Part shown: positions 1 through 13,800 of the stretch, piece after piece
How the letters are laid out: every line of letters begins with the position of its first letter
How positions within the stretch are numbered: the stretch's first letter is position 1
From: Phoronis australis
Taxonomy: Eukaryota > Animalia > Phoronida
Direction of reading: 5' to 3'
Assembly: GCA_002633005.1 (NCBI GenBank)
Contig: NMRA01000299.1
Location: forward strand, 446,132 to 510,131
Length of the DNA stretch: 64,000 nucleotides
Translations under genes and position numbers: made by a program
Notes under the pieces: model-generated
Seen by the model: only the letters and a program-made list of their open reading frames with translations
What the model was told of the DNA's origin: nothing
The model's database searches: none

Positions 1-349
1 TTTTTTTTAACCACTTCTGTTGTATTTTAAGAAAATTTACCTTTTCATAAATATGCACCTACGTAAATGTAAACATAAGTTAAGTTAATTAAATCGTGTG
101 AATGTGAGTGTGAATGAGTGTATGAAAGTCCTTCCCCTTCCCGTTTCCCCCCCTTTCATATTATTCTCGGCTAATTATTCGCCCAATCATTAGGAGTAAT
201 TTCCAGATACTTATTTGTTTAATTAAGATGATGTATTATACTCTAGTAAGTTGTAAAGATACGTAGTTGAGGCTACCCAACCCCAGCCGTATCTACTATT
301 CAATAATGATATGCTTTCTGGGTAAATAAACGTATTAAAAAAAAAAAAA

Positions 350-1200
350 AAATCTTGACTGAATCATCTCCAGACTTATGGTATGTGTTAATTATGACTC
401 CATTTGCGTATATGCATGTTTCATTTGATTTTATTTCCTGTATTTTGAAACTCAAAACTTTTTGTGGGGATGTTCTATCCCCTGACTGTATGCCTGCATG
501 CGGCTTCCAGGGTGATGTAATGAGTAACAACCAGCACTGTTGAGATAGTGGCTTCATTAGCTTGAAAAGAAAGTGCCTGCTGAATAGGCATTACAAAAGT
601 TGCCTGAGGGCATAGGGAATTTTTGCGATGACCAGTGTAAGCGAGAAATTCTCCAGGCCTGTTGGAATCTCAAGGCAACGGCACTGGTCGGATATAGCGG
701 AAGGACCGGACGTTAGTAGCATTCGCAGATGCTGGCTGAGAAATGCGATGTAGCAGCCAGCACGAATCTGCTGTGGCGAAGTGAGAAGTGGCTTACCGTG
801 CGTTGAAGTCGTCGGTTGTTTCGTCGCCAGACCCGGGGTTCTCAGATGAGAATTTCGTTTGGTCATCGCTTTCATCGTGAAATGTGCGTTCTTCTGAACG
901 ATTTTCTCCTCCGTTGACGTCCGTTTCACATTCAGACATTTCTATACTGCAAACTAGTCTGAAAATCAAGCAAGTTTTTAGTTTCAGGATGAATTCATAT
1001 TTTATATACTTTTTTCAATCCAGGTTTTCTTTTTGCGAAATGAACATTGCAGTCACGGCCACGAACCGAAGTCCACTGAAGATACGAAAATTCAAATAAA
1101 ATTGCCTGTGTTAGCTAAGTTTATGCGCCTGTCGTAATTTTTAATGCCCGATAATCACGCTTTGCGCAAAACCTTACCTGAGTCTGAATCCGATTCGAGC
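350..1200 (-). pseudogene. possible decayed KolX-like (Kolobok second ORF / P2X7 C-terminal-like) spliced gene
   Basis: An acidic exon (IEMSECETDVNGGENRSEE...DETTDDFNAR) flanked by AG/GT, then DQCRCLEIPTGLENF resembling the WCxCxxCxxMPTxxENxCC motif and KHAYTQ resembling RHAAYRQ; stops and frameshifts present. Confidence 0.35.
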
Positions 1201-1829
1201 GAAACACGATAAATGTGAAGTGAAATTTGACAACTTTGAAAGTAACCGGCGAGTAGCAGACGCACGGGTCACGTGTGGATCGCATAAACGCGTCTTTTGA
1301 TTGGATATTGCTTTCACGCGCGGCAAAAAATTTCCATATTTAGATGTGGTCTTTCAACAATGGTGAATCTCGGGTTTGTTTCACGCTAAGATGCATGCAA
1401 ATGAAAGATTGTTTATGTTTTACATGATTAAATCTAAAAGCATGCAAGACACAAAGGAAGGAATCTTGCCGGTGGCATGTCAGATCAGTGTTTCACGGTT
1501 TTTATGCTTGGTACAAAGCTGAATGTATACCGGTTGGTATATATATACGTAGCTTTGCGCCGGTCAGATGTTGGTAAAAAATTGACCACATAAAATCTGG
1601 CACAAAATTAGTGTCATTAAAAATTACAATCTTCCTTGAGTAAACTAAATCATTTGCGGGTGTTGGAAAATTGACATTATACCGTTATTCTGTTGCCAAA
1701 GTTGTGGAGCGATCTTTTGCGTCGGCTTTCGACACCGAAGTAAAAGCGTACATAGGGCCAGTTTCTTTTTACACGGATCCAACTGCACTTCTTCCACGAG
1801 GTTTCATACATGTCAACAAATTATTAGAA

Positions 1830-2205
1830 CCAGGGCCCGGTCTCTAATCTTTGTACTCGAAACGAACTCGAAACTATTTTTGGCAATTTCTCTGCTCCTT
1901 TTGTGCGAACTTAAGATAACTGGTTATCAGACTGTGCTCGAACACATTATAGTTTATGCATAGGAGTTTCTAGTTCAAGTTTGCCCTTGAAGACCCTTAT
2001 ATTCGTGCGGCTACAAACTCGAGTAAAAACTCGAAATTTCGAGTTCAAACTCGAACTTATTGCTTTAATATTGGGTTTACAAACTGTGAACTAAGGGCAA
2101 TAAATTATCTACGTAAGTTATTGTGTACTCGAGCATAGAATAATGGACACTTATCTTGAGTTCGCCCAAAAGTAGAGTAGAAAATGCCAAACCTAATTTC
2201 GAGTT
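1830..2205. repeat. MITE-like repeat rich in AACTCGA/TCGAGTT motifs, running into the gap
   Basis: Starts cagggcccggt; many copies of (a)aactcga and its complement. Confidence 0.45.
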
Positions 2206-2370
2206 NNNNNNNNNNNNNNNNNNNNNNNNNNNNNNNNNNNNNNNNNNNNNNNNNNNNNNNNNNNNNNNNNNNNNNNNNNNNNNNNNNNNNNNNNNNNNNN
2301 NNNNNNNNNNNNNNNNNNNNNNNNNNNNNNNNNNNNNNNNNNNNNNNNNNNNNNNNNNNNNNNNNNNNNN
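2206..2370. other. assembly gap (165 N)
   Basis: Run of n. Confidence 1.
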
Positions 2371-3020
2371 CCCCCCCCCCCCCCTTGGCTGCCTTAAGCA
2401 AAAATGGAACAGCAACAGCGTGAAGCGCGAGGAAATCTTGAGTAAGCAACTATAGGACGCGGAGAATGGGGTGCCCCCACGCAGATCGCGGCGCTCTCGT
2501 TTTTTTAGTCCAACGATAGGTTTTCCGAATAGATGGTTCACACACCCGGCTCCCGCAACTTCGGGCCTGAGCTACACATGCAATCGCCGCACTTTGCCCG
2601 ATTCCCCGAGACAACATGTTGCCCCCCATATGGTATCCTATGTCTGCCACTGCACATGGGCGGTGCATCATAGGGGGCTGGGGGGCTATAGCCCCACTTT
2701 TTTCAGTGCTACACCGCACATGGTCTATAGGCGATGCACTGAGGGGGCTTTAGCCCCAACTTTTTTCAGTGCTGCGCCGCCCATGACCAAGGGGTGCTCG
2801 GGAGGCTCAAATGGGCCCCTCAAGTTAACGAATTGGGCAAAAAGGTCCGTCTAGGTGAAACAAAAAGTCCGAGTAAACGAGACAAAAGTCCACAAAATCC
2901 ACGGTATGTCGGCGCGGGTGAACAATTGATTTGAGGGCATGAACCTAGTGGCCCCCGTTTTTTTTTAGTAGTTGATTTTGTTCAATAAAAGGTCCCCATA
3001 CCGAGAAATNTGCGCATGGT
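2371..3020. mobile_element. cluster of hAT-type MITE fragments
   Basis: An end ...tgtctgccactg (about 2652); an element catgggcggtgca...tgcgccgcccatg (about 2656-2785) with an internal duplication; 2786-3020 is homologous to the MITEs at 32832 and 38876. Confidence 0.55.
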
Positions 3021-6000
3021 TACAAAAAGCAGAGAATTACACAATTACACTAGAAAATAACGTTTATTAGATTGTTTTTTTTTTCACTTAAACGGGTGTA
3101 ACGGACAAGGTGAGTGTCAGTTGACTCCCTTATTTTACGTTCACCCCTGCCGGCCTTTAACTTTACATGTTGATACAAGTTTCACGGCGAGGTGACGAGC
3201 AGAACTATGCCTACCCCGCGGGTTGTGTGCAATTTTGAGGACTGTGGGTGCTGAATACACAGTGGTGCCTAGCTGTCTTGACCACACACCTATCTGGCTG
3301 ACTAGGTTTACGCGAGTGCGGTTTAGAATTTCTTGAATAGATGTTTCTCAAAACAGTGCAAACTGTGAGGAAAATATGTTGAATTTCCTTATTTCTTGTT
3401 TGAAAGTTTTCTATTGCTTCATAAGGAAATTTGAATGGCATTTGAATGTCAACAACAGAAACTGTGTTTTTGCGGCAACTACTGTTGTTTAATGAAAACA
3501 GATTGAGCAATTCTCGGAACGCATGCTCAAACTCTTGTCCGGCAACAGGTGAAACATGGGAGAAGGCGCATTCCATGAGATTTGGAAACATAGTAGATGG
3601 CTCATCCCACGGGGTTTGGGGGGTGCCGTCAAGAAATTTTCCAAATTTATTGGTGTTAACATGTATTTTTTGTTCATCTCAAGGGTAATCATTACTGCTG
3701 TTTATGAGTTAAACTCCAAAATTCGCTGAAATTTCTCTTTATGGCAGCCATTTAGCCTACAGTACTTCTGAGTATCTAATTTGTTGGATATGTACTACAG
3801 TCATCAAAGATTGTACCCTCCCCTCCCCATAGTCTTTTCGACATGTACGAGTTTCTTTCAAACAACTCCTAGTGACGATACTATCGCAAAAAAGTATCGA
3901 CATTTCATAAAACCATTGGAAATATTTCATGTGTGTAATTCACAAATAGTGGTCTTCCTGTTGTCGGTTAAAACGTCAACCCTTTCGATGTCGATCTGTA
4001 CTATGGTATGTTTCAATACAATCATTTTTGGTTGTCTTGATACCGCTGTGCTTTGCACGAATTTTTATATTTTTTATGAATGTTATCTTCCCCTTGTGAC
4101 AGTGCCGGATTTATAGAGGTACAAAGAGGCAATAGCCCTAGGCTGTGCCTCTGAGAGAGGACCCCTTCTGATAGGGGACCCCTTTTATGAAAGGCTACGT
4201 ATCATTAAAAATGGAAAAGTGACAGTTAATTCCACCATAGTGTGACCCTCCTAACACAAACGGTTGTACAAGTTCACTAATCTAGGAAAATAGAGGTAAT
4301 CGATTCCGTCATTGGGCCGTCCCTCCGTGAGCGGTTGTTTAAGAAGTTATGAATAAAATAACACGAAAACGGTGGCTGCAAGGATGTCGTTTTTTAATGT
4401 TTATTAAGAAATCTTCAGAATACAATGAATATGCATAACCCAGAAAGCGCCAAGAGGCAAGGATGTCGTCAACGGTTTTATCAAGTGGCATACAATTTCG
4501 AGAAAACGAAAAGAAAGCGACTGGTGACTGAATTATCCCTAGCCAGAGAAGATTCAAAATTGTCTTTTTTTAATTTAATGGTCCATTGAATTAATGTGCT
4601 CCGCAAAACCTGTCCTTTACACATTTTCGTGACTTTCGAAATAGATGTATGAAAGATTAGGTGCACGTGCGTTTTGACGATCTATGAAGCAAAAATAGAG
4701 CCCTTTACAATGACTTGGCCAGGGTCTTCAATGGGTAAATCAAGCGCTGATAGTTATCAAGCGTTCTCTTGAAATCTACAATGCCCCTAGCACCACGCCT
4801 ATGCCAGTTGCCAGGGAAACTCTGACGCCAGTTATTTGGGGACACGTGCCCCTCTCTCGCATCCTACATGTATGCTTTCTTCCAACCAACAACGTAACTG
4901 ATTTTTTAACACCCCCTTTTCTCAAAATATCAATCTTTGGCATAATGCAGATTGCCACAGACGTGCACTTGAATGCCGCAAGGGCATCCAAGACATGACT
5001 GACAGCCAAGGTATTTATTCTCCACCATGTGGTTTCCTTCCTTCCTTCCGTCGGCAAATGTTCCACCAGAATAACACAGCATGTCACTGATGCGAATATA
5101 TAAAATTTTGCAAAAATAATTTATTACAATAGCGTGTAAGAAAACGAACTTTCAATGAAGTGTCTCGAAAGTTGCAGTAAATCAAAAATGCATAAAACAT
5201 CCATTTCAACAACTTTATTGTTAGTATATTCTATGTACACAACAGACAATAGTAACATTTTATTTACACAAGGTTTGAGCACTATTAACAACCACATGAC
5301 TTCAAGGACTGGCCTACATAACTAAGTGACCTTAATTTCACCCCAAACATTTCACCAGATGTTTCCCATATACTAATTGTGTTACTTGTTGACATTTATT
5401 TTCTGTAGAACTCAGACACAGTGTTGGCAATCCAGAAATAAAGCATATGCCAAAAGCCCATGACTACATATTTCCTCCACTTTTTGCGTTAGCCTTGAAC
5501 AAGAAGAATGAAAGAACAAAGCAAAAACCACTGTCAAAGAGACAGGGTAACAACCAATCAGTGACTGAGAAACTTAGTTCAAAACCAGTCAAATCAAAAT
5601 ATGAAAACAAATAACAGCAACTTTTAAATTAGTGGTCAATTGATACAAACTCCTCGTGCATGTGCCCTTCAAAAAGACTTTCATCCATCTGTGAACCCAG
5701 GTTTTATCTGGTTATCAAGAAAAACACCAATCTGACCCCAAGAGGTCTTAAACAGCCCTATATTTAGTCAGAATGGATGCCATGGAGTCTGGTTGCACAT
5801 AAATAACAGGGATCTGTTTCAATACCATGTCGTACCTTACCAAAGTTTTTTCACACAGGAAACTTACAACCATTTGTAAGTTAACGCTCAAATCCCCAAT
5901 TACATTATATGACAAAAAACAGATATTATTGGAACTACAATGATGCAACACATGTCTTATTGTTCGCCAAATGAATAACTGGATTTTTGGTCAGACTAAA

Positions 6001-6637
6001 CAAATAGCTCCAAAAATAGTTGCAAAATGATACTAAATAGTCATCAGCAGAATAAACAATAACAAGAGTATTTTATACAGTTTCCTGCAACAGTAGTTCC
6101 ATTTAAATTAAATTGGTGAGTGGCAAATTTAGACAATAACTGTACATGACATGTCACCTTAACACCTATAAATCGCAACATGAGAAACAATTTCTATTCA
6201 ATCTTCCACAGTGGCTGAATTTATATATTCAACTATGTGAATAGAGTTCACTGGTAAGCTTCAACAGAAGAGCCACAGCCACGAAACTTAAACGAGAGCG
6301 CTCGGAGGAGCGACACTTGGCGGAATTAATCGAAAAGACGACGATGGGTAGGACGACGACAATTATGACAATCAAGGCGGCAATTATGAATAACACAATA
6401 ACATTCATGTGACTAGCGAAGAAATCAAGTAGAGAGCATACAATCAACTACAATAAAGAACAATAGATGGCGCAACATGACGGCCAAGCCATGCTTTGTT
6501 CCCACATTCCAAAATTGGTGGGGCTATGTGACAGTCTGCAGAGCAAAGTTATGTTTACAATAAGTGTTTGGCCTGGAATTCTACAGTCTACACTAGGACA
6601 GTGCTGGCTGGGTCAGACAGGGACAACTAGGCATAAC

Positions 6638-7427
6638 CAAAACAAAGTGAACTGAAAGCCAGCCAGCTGCGTGCTTGCATAGATAGGTGACCGAAGGAAA
6701 AACGTTATCCAAAAATCTCGAATAATTCAAAAGTAGACGTCGTAGCGCAAAATGGAAAATATCTTCTGGAAGCCCGTTCAAAACTCTATCTAAGATGATA
6801 GTTTGGCAAACATCCAAAAAAATTTTGAAAAAATTGAAAATTTGCTGTATTTTTTTGAAATTCAAAGTCAAATAACTCGAAAACGGTAAGCCTGAGAAAT
6901 ACGCTCTCACAGACTTTTTGAAAGGCAATACTTAAAGGAATCCACATGTAAAAATTCAAGTCATTTGCTCTTCCCGTTAAAAACGCGACAGCAGAACGAT
7001 TGAAACCGTGTGAACATGGGCCACAGCCGCCATCTTGAAAGTGGCTTCAGGTTCAATAAACTTTTATAAAAGCTTATTAAACTCAACAAACACGTGACCA
7101 GTTTGAAAGTGATTGATTCGCAAATGCGCCCTCTACAGGAGAAAACGTTTTTGGCCATATTTCGGGGTGCGCATGCGCCACTTCCAATATTTCCACCATC
7201 TTTCACCGGAAGTCAACGATTTTCAGCACACTTGTAGCACATATGTATCCGATCATGACCAAAAACAATAGGCTTCCAGGACTTTTTGATCTACACGTCG
7301 TGTGCAAATTTCGTGAAAATCGGACGAAAATTGCGACCTGTAGAGTGTGAACAAAAAAAAAAGAAAAAAAAAACTTGACGACAGAGCAACATACTTGTCG
7401 GAATTCGAAGAATTTCGCCAAGTAATT
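6638..7427 (-). mobile_element. non-autonomous Helentron-associated (HINE/DINE-1-like) element, family C, just downstream of the gene 1 stop
   Basis: Terminal hairpin tacttgtcggaattc-gaa-gaatttcgccaagta (7392-7424), an A-rich tract, an aaaattgcgacctgtagag block, and an aacaa-type opposite end. Confidence 0.5.
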
Positions 7428-7603
7428 ATTAAAGTTTGAACTTTCTGACTCCACCTCGGCCTAAATAGTGCTGCGGAGGACTTATACTTTACACAGAGCA
7501 GTCCTCAATGTATAGTCCAGCCGACATGACAATGACATATGGTGTGAATCAGATCTCATGATGAATGATTGGTTTATTGGCCAATCCCTGACCTTAAAGT
7601 GAT

Positions 7604-7867
7604 TTACGACTGGGCCACTTGCAAGACTGCCCTGCCCAGTATCTTTGAGTTACTGAGATCCTGGTATACTTGAGTTGCCTCTGACACAGGGAATGTGCTG
7701 TAGTTAGGAGGCACTATTAATTTATCTGCAACCATGTAAACAAGATCAGTAAGCTGTTGGATGGTACCACGTCTCACTCCCACAATACTCTGACCTTTCT
7801 CAGCCAGAGCCGACAGACAGACAGGGATGGTGTACTTGGAGTTGCCACCAACCAGGAGCAAACCATT
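7604..7867 (-). CDS. paralogue 1 last coding exon (NGLLLVGG...GRAVLQVAQS*)
   Basis: Acceptor ttttccag; ADH C-terminal GRAVL motif; TAA at 7606-7604. Confidence 0.92.
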   Translation of the reverse strand, partial: NGLLLVGGNSKYTIPVCLSALAEKGQSIVGVRRGTIQQLTDLVYMVADKLIVPPNYSTFPVSEATQVYQDLSNSKILGRAVLQVAQS

Positions 7868-10800
7868 CTGGAAAAAACAAATGCCACACAGGTGTGAGAG
7901 TCTATACCTCAGTAAATCAGTATTTTGCAACACAGTAAACAAGGACAGAAACCAAAGTACAGGAAAATGCACAAATTTCAGTCACTATCTTAGTAAGGTG
8001 AAACCTAGCTAGTCTGACGGGCAGGGTGTACAAAAAGAACAAGCATGCCGTATTATTCTTTGCTTTACGCATGCACGACTGATGTGAATTTTCTTTCATG
8101 TAAAAACTTAATATATATATACGTGAGTGCTGAAAGACGAATATACACAAAAAATCTTTAAAACTCAGCACATCTTATGTTCAAAATTAGGCCAATAAGA
8201 TTCTTATTCAGCTTTTCTACAAGCTGTAAATACACTGAAACTCAAAGTGTACATCACCGGTGTCTCACAAAGTACTCAATGAGTGGTGGGAAAAGTCAGT
8301 CTGCTCTTTGGACATCATACAAAACTTACGAAATAGGTAAATGAAAAGCTGTGCCCAGCACATTACAGCCCATCCAAAAAATAAACATCAGTTTTGCCTC
8401 CTGGCACAGAAAAAACAAAAAAAAATCATGGAAAATATAAAAATATAATGCAATACATTTTGACTTACAATTTTGAACTGTTTTCTTTAATCACCCAACA
8501 AAGAGAAAACCCATTTCCCACTAATTACGAAAACATCTCAATGTTCATAGAGAGCAACAAAAGTTCACATACTCAATGACACACTCAGCTAGTTATATCA
8601 ACAAAAAACACAAACAACTTATTCATTTTAAGGGTATAATCGGTCAACCAACATTTCAATTACTTGCCTGCTGCATTACATAGATGGTAGTAAACAAGTT
8701 AACAAGGATGCCAGGGGATACTTGTTACACCAGTTGTATTACTATAGGGATTTTATGTATCACTACATGTGATGACTCAGGGTTATTGACAAGTCAGTGC
8801 ATTTATCTACAAAACTTATGATTTCAACTGGGTAAAAGCAGACATTTTGTAAAAGGTTTCTTTGACTTTTTACCGATCTGCCATTAATTGGGTCACGTGA
8901 CTATGTCTTCTTTAGTAAAATTTACATTGGTAGCAAAACAACAGTATCAATAACATGACCAAAGTTCCTTAAACTCGAACATTCTTCATGATGAAATCTC
9001 AAAAACACAATATTCTAAATAATCGTGTCATTTTATAAAACTTTTACTTTTTCTGAAATTCTTTACCAATGTTCTGTTGAGTGTCGAACTTTGTTCCATG
9101 GATACCAATGGAACGGAATAAAGATTCATGAGCATCTCATTTTTTGATAGCCCTCATGCAAAAGTGGAACTTTTAAAAAAATCTTAACATTTTAGAGAAC
9201 AGCATGGTATCTGAAAGTTTTACATGAATCCGATCAGTCATTTCTGAGACATGCCGTTATTTGGCCATTTCCTAAGGTTAAAAACTTACAACTGTATCAA
9301 GTCTTACAGTTGTAATATTACTGAGACAGCACAACAATATAAGATTGATATTTTCTAACAGAGGCTAGTGTAATTGAACCTTTCAAAATGTTGGCGATGG
9401 AAATCAGTACATATGGATGTTAGCCTTGAGTGTTTGATTAACTGACCTGTTTGCCTAACCGCCTTGTACATTCATCTAATTGGGCAAACTCACATTTCAA
9501 GACAAGATTTGTATAAACAGCCAATGCCTATGCTACAGGATACCAAGAATGTTCTCAAAACAGGCTGAATGATTACGAAGCTAATTTAAACTATTGAAGA
9601 TGCAAGTTCTTTAACTATTTCCACCTAGCCCAATTTCCTTAAGACCTGGCTACCATGTATGCAAATGCACAGGAGTGTCACAGACGAAAATTGAATATCT
9701 TTTTCTTTTCCAAAGTATGAAATAACTCTTCCACAGAATTTATTCAAAATATAGAAATATAGAAAAAAACAGTACAAAAAGATTGCAGAGTCAAAAACAG
9801 AACCACAGTAACCATCCTTTAACCTTTATCAACTCTTTGACTTGGTTTCTGCATCAAAAATGACTAGCTACACCGCTACAAGACCAATAACATTGATTTT
9901 TTCAAGGCTAGAATAACTTTTCTCCCAAGTCAGCATAGGCAAGTTAGAAACACCAATTGCTTCACTTATTCTTCACCCTACGACCACGTGTGCATTGTTC
10001 TTAATGATCCACAAACTTCCAACAAGTTAGCAACAATACTTACATTTCCAAGGAGTTTCATTGACCTTGACATCGACCTTGGTGAGCTGACATAGTCAAT
10101 GATAATGTCACATGGCTGGCGGCAAACACAACTAGCCTTCTCGATCAACTCCTGTTCATACTCTTGCTCATCCCAGTTCACAACATCTGTGCAGCCATAG
10201 TCGAGGGCAAGCATCAACTTCTCAATCTAAGAGATCAATGGAAATTCCCTTAAATACATTTTCTTTGGCAACTAGAAGGTGGTAGGCCTCCGTAATGCTT
10301 TGACAAGACCTAGCTTTGGTAAAAACCTAAACAGACCTACAATTTTAGTTTACGCTGGCAGAGTAAAATTGACCGACAACTTGAGATGGACTTTACCTTA
10401 AGTAAACAAAACTGGTAACTGGACCTAAACTTTTGTTACTTGTTATTCTGTTACCCTGCCGTTCAATTTGTAGAGAGATCAAATTCTGGCTCAATGAAGT
10501 TAACATTATGTCTCAAATACATATGTGGTTCTTCGCAATATTTGCTTTGAAATTCAATGCAGTAACATAGCATCTTTATTAGTTTTCCATTTTTTCAAAA
10601 TCAAAAATTCACCTGATATTAACTTAAGTGGTGCGTCATGGTTCAGCTGCATAGATACTCACATCACAATCAGCAACATAGATATCCACTTGCTCACAAC
10701 GGGATCCAAGAATTTGACGTGCAATTCTGACAGTCCATAATCCAAGACCTCCAGCACCAATAATAAAAATCTTACAGTGGCCACCTGAAATAATAAAAAA

Positions 10801-13800
10801 TATGTCAATACGACAAAAAAAGAGTGTGAAAAATAATAGAACAGTATCTAACATCACTTATTCTTTAACCTTTAGATTTAACTTATAAAGATTAAATTGT
10901 ACCAGTTGTAAATTCATAAGAATCAATGTAAATTGAATTGCCTCTGTCCTTGAAAAACAAGGAATCAAACTATGATTTTTTATTGGCTAAAATCACAAAA
11001 TATTTACCTTTTCTCTTGAGCCTGGCTTCCACTGTGGGCATAGCACGTTCTAAAGCATTGTATGCAGTTAAGCCACCAGATGGCAACAGAGCAGCTACTT
11101 CCAGAGGTAGCGTGTTTGGCACGTGAACAAGCTGATTAACATCCTTTATGGCAATGTATTGCTGATATCTATAACAGACAACACTTATTTAAAGGTGTTC
11201 AGGGTAAACATTTCATCAGAAATCATTACTTCACAAGAATGCTTAAAGACAGCGTCCAGCGGCTAAAACACCTTTTTTGACACCAGAAATGTATGTATTG
11301 TTCATAAAAAATATTGTTTTTGCTTCTTACATACCACGGAAAGTAATTAATTGTGACGCAAATTACACCGCTAAATAATTTGTAGTCCCTTCGAACGCCT
11401 TAGAAAAAATCTCAACCAATCAGTGTAAAGTGGTTCATATGACATCATCGTGGCCACGAATTTACTGGGGAGCCACACTGCGTAACAGCTGAGTGCCATT
11501 TCTTGAACGTTCTGTACTAGTCAATCTCTGGGCTAAAATGCCTCTTTGAGTGGTGTGCGGGTGTAGCAATGTCAGTGGCAATGGGATACATTTGCACAAC
11601 TTCCCCACCGATCACGTCGTGTGCCGTGCGTGGAATAGATTCGTATCCATGACAAGGCCTGTTGACAAACTTTCCCAATGGGCAAGATCTGATTTAGGCT
11701 TGGTGCAAAGCTGTATACAAAATCTACATCTTTGCGTCGATGTGGGTAAAAAGGACTAATAAAATTTGACGCAGAAATAGTGTCATTAAAAGCTGCACCG
11801 CTCTTTGAGTACGCTCTTGGGAGTCGGCGTTTGGCGATTACGACACCTGACCTGAACAGTCTCTTCCCCCCCCACTTTATTCTTTTATCACTGTTCATGC
11901 AATACAGACTATTTTGCAGTTTTAATTTATTACAGACACGCACAATGTTGTGTTGCTACTAAATTTTCAATTTTTTTGAGCTTGAACGAGTCAAAATGGC
12001 GGCGATTACGGGTTGCAGCATTTCAAAGCGACTTATTTTGAAAATTGAGTTTCTAATATAAAATTTTCAATGAATTTGATTATAATGGCATTGTACGAAA
12101 ACATCAAGCTGATATGTGCTGATATGTCTATGGTTCACACCTTCGGCTTCAAAAAGACATAAATGGAAAGTTCCTAACGCCAAAGTTTTTGTATCAAACA
12201 AATTACACTTTATAATAAACAATGTGAAATTGCTGATAACAATTCAGACGAAGCGTTTTGTTTTTCCGGCTGTTTCGACAGCCCCAGTCCCACTCCCGGG
12301 GATTCCCATACGGGCCTGTATTAGAATATGTGCTAAATAATTGAATAAAAATTCTAAAGGTAGTGATTTTGATTAATTTTAATATTAACTGATTTTCCTC
12401 GTATTTTGCACTAAATTAAATGGCCAGTCATCTCTTGATTCCAATACTCTGGAGACACGGTGAAAGGCAAATTCGTTGTAAGGATTATGTCATAGACTAC
12501 TCAATTTTTTTTTGGCGCTAAATGGGGTTCGTGATGGGGCTACTTTATTGTCAAAGGCCTACTTAATTAACAACTAGGGTATGCTATGACACAGTATTTT
12601 GATGTTTTTCATCAATAAATGTATTTTAGATGTAAAAATAGTCATTTTGGCACCATACTTGGCCTTTAAATGACTGCAGGTCATTCCTGAAACCAGAAAT
12701 ATTCATTGCCAATGTTTCATATCAAAGAGGCAAGTGAAGTTGGACAGTGGACTGGTTTATCAGTTCCTTGGTGGTTTGGGTATTGTGGCTCACAGCCATT
12801 CCAACTGGAGTGCAAAACTGGGTAGGTTTTTTCCACAACAATGCATCGAGTTTTTGCCAGAAAAAGTGCGACGGCATTCTGCTAAGGCAAAAACACAAAC
12901 ATGACTCAAATTTCATGCCATGTTTTCATATTCTTATTTGCGAAAAACAACTGCAATTACTGACCATGTCAACCATTTTATGAGCAAAAAATAAAAATTA
13001 ACTGATAAATAAACCTTATGTGCAAACACAGAAACCTTGACTTTGAGATGTCTGTCTTTAAGATATACAATATAGTTTTTCACCTTGTAAAGCGATACCC
13101 TTACCACCGAGTTATGTCATGACTCTGTTTTACCAATAACTAGCTGTATAGCATGTTTATGGTAATCAAAAATCAAAAATATTAGAATTATACTATCTGG
13201 TACTCAAATATACCGGTACATAAAATATGTTTGAAACCTCTAACTGCATAATAGTTAGACTCTGTGAATTCTGCCCTTTTTCCTTAAACTATACCAGACT
13301 GTCTACAATAATTTGTCTCGTGAAACCAAAAAAGGTCAGACTTTTCAAACATGGCTCAAACACAGTGCAGGATCGCGAGAACACTGAGTAATTATCCCCC
13401 CAATGCGCTACTGAAATGAAAATATGGTTACGAAAAACCTTCTCCTGTACATCAGCCCCTAACATTTGGGTCACAGAAATTCAAACTGATTCTTAATTCT
13501 GACGATTTATATGTGGGGAAGCAACTAACCTGAAAATAGACTTGGCAGTTCATAAAATCAACGAAAATAGCCACCAATGCAACATTTTCAGTTGATTGCA
13601 ATTCTTTAACTTGGGACAGCTAACATTAGGTATTTCTAAAATTTGATATATGCTCTGACCTCATGGAGGTAGAGCAATCAAAGCTCACCCAGGTCATTGC
13701 TCTTGCTATGAGCCAAACGCAAACATTCTGAATGTCTTTGAATCAATGCTACAATATCATTTCAATACTAGACTTGTTTTCAAATTTTTGAGACTAGCCT

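Noticed and set aside
2077-2541. Several ORFs of 79-154 aa in the track
   Set aside because: They are open only because they run through the 165-N gap.
3211-3750. 126-aa minus-strand ORF with coding-like upstream sequence
   Set aside because: No motif I can recognise, and the frame is interrupted upstream; probably a decayed transposon gene, but no call can be supported.
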